A stretch of 35,124 nt of DNA from Pelomyxa schiedti (Eukaryota; Protista; Evosea), in assembly GCA_020536535.1 (NCBI GenBank), contig JAHLWZ010000142.1, positions 1 to 35,124 on the forward strand. Reading direction: 5' to 3'. Below the pieces are notes generated by a model. The model was given only the letters and a program-made list of their open reading frames with translations, was not told where the DNA came from and made no database searches. Shown piece by piece: positions 31,420 through 35,124 of this stretch. How positions within the stretch are numbered: the stretch's first letter is position 1; the number at the start of each line of letters is the position of its first letter. The position numbers and the translations under genes are program-made.

Positions 31420-33743
31420 ATGCCGAAAGGCAAAAGACCGCGGCAGCCCAATGGGGCGGGGACGCCCTCAGGGGAACAAGCACAAGAGACGGCAGCCAAG
31501 ACCACGAGCAGCAGCGGGAAGGGCAAGAAGGCCTCGGGGCTCACCAGCGCCCTCTCCAGCCTCTTCACCCGCTCGCAGACCCACTACGCCGCCACCTCCT
31601 ACTCCCCCGGCGGCGGCCTGCTCCCCGTCCTCGTCTACGGCTCCCCCGAGACCTGCCCCCAGTCCACCATGCACACCGTGCGCTGCCCCGAGTCCGCCTG
31701 CCCCGCCGCCAGGTTCTGGGCCAGCGAGGCGGAGCTCCAGCAGGCCCGCCGCGAGGCCCAGGCCAACAAGAAAAAGGCCGCCGCTGCTGCTGCTGCGGAC
31801 GTGAGCGGGTGGAACTGCTTGTACACGCACACCAACTGGAAGACCATGGAGCTGGTGATAGTCAACTTTGTGCCCGAGGTTCCGAGGGTGGCTCTCGAGG
31901 GCGGGTGGTGGTTGACCGAGAGGGGTGTGTAAGTGTGCTTTTTCATTTTGATTTATGTTAGATGTTTGCCATTGTATGTTCGATTGGGTGGGGGAGGGGC
32001 GGTAGCTTTGGAGTTTCTAGTGTAATGATAATCGAATGTTAAATTTATATAATTTATTAGTTATATTGTGGCATTGTATTGCAAATGTATTTACAGTGGT
32101 GTGGTTTTTACAGCCAGAAGCATTGAAATGAGGAACGGGCATCCAAGGAAGATCGCACTGGGCAACTGTGACAAGAAGTTCACTGATGTCAGATGTGCTG
32201 TCATTATTTGTGATCCCTCTGGCACAAGTTGCACTCAGACTTCCGTGAATTTGAGTGAGAATTATTTGTTGCATTTCTCACCCTTACACTTCTATAGAGT
32301 TAGCTCCTATTTTCCCAAACAGCCCTCCCATTCACACTGCATCCCCACTGCCATCCTTATTCGAAGGTGTGTGTCCTGTACCACAAATCATCGAACAGCC
32401 CTTTGCGCTTCACTTGGACCAAAAGTTTGCCGATGAGCAGGCCGGAATAATCAACAGATGGTCTAATAATGCATGCAAAATAAGATCGCTGCCAGCCCTC
32501 TTTACGTGGAGCCAAGCCGTGCAAGTGTTTCAAGAGAACTTCAATGTAGACGTTTCAGCACTACAAGCCCAGGGTAATGATAATTTTACGTAACTTCGAC
32601 CTGACTTAGAAGGCACTCCAATTGAGTTTGCGGAACAAAGTCTCCCGATACAGAGATTGACCGTCTACGCTGGAATGCTTTTGCTCACCACATGTTAGTT
32701 GTAAATTCTCTTCAAAACCCCATTATCGAAGTTGACAAGGTAAGACAAACACTCTGACCCTCTCAAATTTCCAACACCCTTCTTAGTATTGCCTTGAATT
32801 TTGGCAGACAAGACAGTAACCCGATGATACCCAACTCCTCTCACACAATCAGGTGGTTCCATGGATTCATAACACGGCAAGAGGCCGAGCAAATATTGCA
32901 GTCATATGCCCTCCCATGTGCCCTATTACGATGTGGCCAAAGTGATCCTTGCCTCTTAACCTTGTCCCAAAAATTACCCACAGGTTTCTCCAGTCACAGA
33001 GATGTTAAAGGCAACCTCTCAGCTTGATATTAACATGAATAGGTATATATCACCAGAATATTGCGAAGACAGTTGGAGTGCAAGTAGTGCCCCAAATTCG
33101 ACAGCCGAGCCCAAACACCAATGCCCAGTACTCACCTTACTCTTGTTCTGTGTCATCATCCTCAGCATCACCATCCCCCTCACAGAACGGCACCCCACTC
33201 CTCCCAATATCACAACAAGAATACACAGTTCCCCAGCAGCAACACCCAGAGGCACTGATACCCTCCAACACGTACGGTCCATATGGGGTTTTGGGTACCA
33301 GCAATGATTCCTCACAATTGCTACAGCCACTCCCACTCTCCTATCAACCAGAATCCACCTCCACAAACACAACACAAGCATCACAACAATCAGCAACAGC
33401 AGCACCACCCCCACCGTGTACTGTACCACCTCCATCACAGAATAACAACACAAATAGACTGGGGCCAGTACCTCCCCCACCATTGCCAATCTACCTTCCG
33501 GGCGACAATGGCATGCCATCAGCGGCAGCAACAGCCACAGTCACAGCAACTGCCGCATTTATTGTATACAATGTGGTTGGGAGAGACCAACCACAGCAGC
33601 AGGTGTATGACACAACAATAGAGGGGGTGGTCTGCAGGCTGCTGAACAGGGCTCTTTTTGGAGAGGTCAGGCTGGTTGGCCGTGCCCTACACACCTTGAC
33701 TGAGGCTTGCCTCTTTGCCCACCACAACGCCTCCTTGTTGTGA
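31420..33743 (+). CDS. STAT-type linker-SH2 domain protein with Pro/Gln/Ser-rich C-terminal region
   Basis: Spliced reading TWSQAVQVFQENF..IDRLRWNAF..IIEVDK|YCLEFWQTRQ|WFHGFITRQEAEQIL..ALLRCGQSDPCLLTLS..|GIYHQ. Compare STAT [31 protein letters not shown]. Basic N-terminus MPKGKRPR is NLS-like. Confidence 0.75.
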
Positions 33744-34588
33744 GCTCATTGCAACGAGGTAGTAACTTAAAACAACAAAGCTTTGCTTTTACAGTGGGTG
33801 TGCCGAGGTAGATTGGGTTTGGATAGTGACCACCACACTGTGAGGTGTGCTGGGGTGTTGATGGTTGTTGTTTTACTTGTGTAGAAAGGGAGAAAGAAGC
33901 CCGAATACAAACACAAGAGTTTATTGTTTATTACTTAAGTTTTTGCTTGGGTAACTACTATGGTGTTGTTCCCGCCTTATCAAGGCGCTAGAATCAGTTC
34001 TAGGTGTCGCCTGAATCTCCCTCAGGGTCCCAACAGATTCGCGGTAGTTTTCCCAGAAATCCATCAGTGAGTAGAACCATACTTAGAACTACAGCGACGC
34101 GAAGTCACCTCGCCACAGTGGGGCACTTTTCTTTCCTTGGAATAAAAAAAAACACCAGACCGGAGTGATAACTGCGATAATGTCATTGTCTTATTCAACC
34201 ATTTGGACAGTTCGTTTTGTTTTTACAAGGTAATGTCCTCTTGGTAATTTGATTTGTTTGCCCTCAACTCCAAAGCAAGTCAGTGCAAGTCAGCACAGCA
34301 TATCCCAAGGTCGCGAATCATTTCCTTGTGTGCACCAACATGGCCTCACATCACAGCATAAATAAACTGCGTGTGGGAAGCTCTCATTACTCCGTTCCGA
34401 CATCGTCAAACTTGTACACTCATCCCAGTTCCTCTGCCATTCCCTCCTGAATAACTCATTCGTTAGTTTTTTGGTGAGTGAAAAAACCGTTCCATTTCCA
34501 TGAGAGTTTAGTTTCGAGACAGAACGCAAACTCCCAACTGATGCACGGCGGCGCGGCTCCCCGTGGGCTGCGGGCACGCACCGAGACG

Positions 34589-35124
34589 TCAACGGCTTCG
34601 AATCAACACTTCATATTGGGCACTCCAGCCATGATCCCACGCAAGTTGCTGTTGGGCGCCTTGTTGTTGCCTTGGCGCCTGAACTCGTGCACCGGACAGC
34701 ACCGGACAGTCCACTGGAAAGACGTTACAAGAAACTCTGCTGATGGGCCAGATCAGGCCTAGCTCAGGAGCTGGGTTATCGGGGAGGGAGCAGACGACTC
34801 CAGTACTCCTAGGCTTGGCCAAGCCTCGGAGTACTGTATACAAACAGCCATCACCGACCAAGTTCCCCTGTAGAGTAACTTGCGAAGTGGTGTTTCTTAT
34901 TTTTATAGCACAAATTTGGGCGCGGGTCTTTTTAAACGAAGTTTGCTTATTATTCTCTTATTATTAAATAAAACATTCAAAACTTCGTTCAGCTGAATGG
35001 CTGGTGCAACAGTCACAGTGGCGCCGAAAAGCGAGTTGGGGGAGTGGTGTGAGAACCTTCGTTTGGCCCCTCCTGAGCTATCCTCCCAAGTGCTCAGTGC
35101 TCTTGAAGCCAATGCAGTGGACAG
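34589..35124 (-). CDS. Possible 3' end of an unknown gene entering from the right edge
   Basis: Open frame ..APAIQLNE, a plausible AT-rich GT-AG intron, then an open frame to the stop at 34589. No recognisable domain. Confidence 0.25.
34801..34836. repeat. 36-bp near-perfect palindrome
   Basis: CAGTACTCC-T-AGGCTTGG|CCAAGCCT-C-GGAGTACTG; 17 of 18 pairs, no spacer. Confidence 0.95.

Noticed and set aside
31319-31961. Multiple overlapping long ORFs on both strands
   Set aside because: They are stop-poor shadows of a very GC-rich first exon; only the MPKGKRPR frame splices onward. The same applies to overlaps at 168-671, 19867-20568 and 22095-22656.
1-35124. CRISPR arrays, tRNA/rRNA genes, intact transposons, alternative genetic code
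   Set aside because: No repeat-spacer arrays, cloverleafs, rRNA motifs or intact transposase/RT were seen. In-frame stops are explained by short introns, and TAA, TAG and TGA all serve as terminators.

Overview
Gene-dense eukaryotic DNA with many short (about 40-90 nt) spliceosomal introns and the standard genetic code. The style suggests a protist, probably amoebozoan and possibly Pelomyxa/Archamoebae-like; this is inference only. The ORF track is fragmented by introns, so I rebuilt gene models by hand. In order, the window holds: two partial copies of an F-box-like + PP2A/PP4/PP6-family phosphatase gene, a 100-N gap, a BAR-like/DH/PH/RhoGAP/PH gene, a C-terminal EH-domain coiled-coil gene, a FAR-17a/AIG1-like membrane protein, an acid-sphingomyelinase-like phosphodiesterase, an F-box-like gene, an Aa_trans transporter, a complete third F-box-phosphatase copy, a SPRY-RtcA fusion, an IFI44-like NTPase/ubiquitin-like/PINK1-like kinase fusion, NAA40, and a STAT-type linker-SH2 protein. 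The most unusual items are three domain fusions: IFI44-Ubl-PINK1-like, SPRY-RtcA, and the F-box-(pseudo)phosphatase family. There is also a strong contrast between CpG-rich 5' ends and CpG-free gene bodies, plus two inverted repeats. All family calls come from manual motif recognition; no database search was run.
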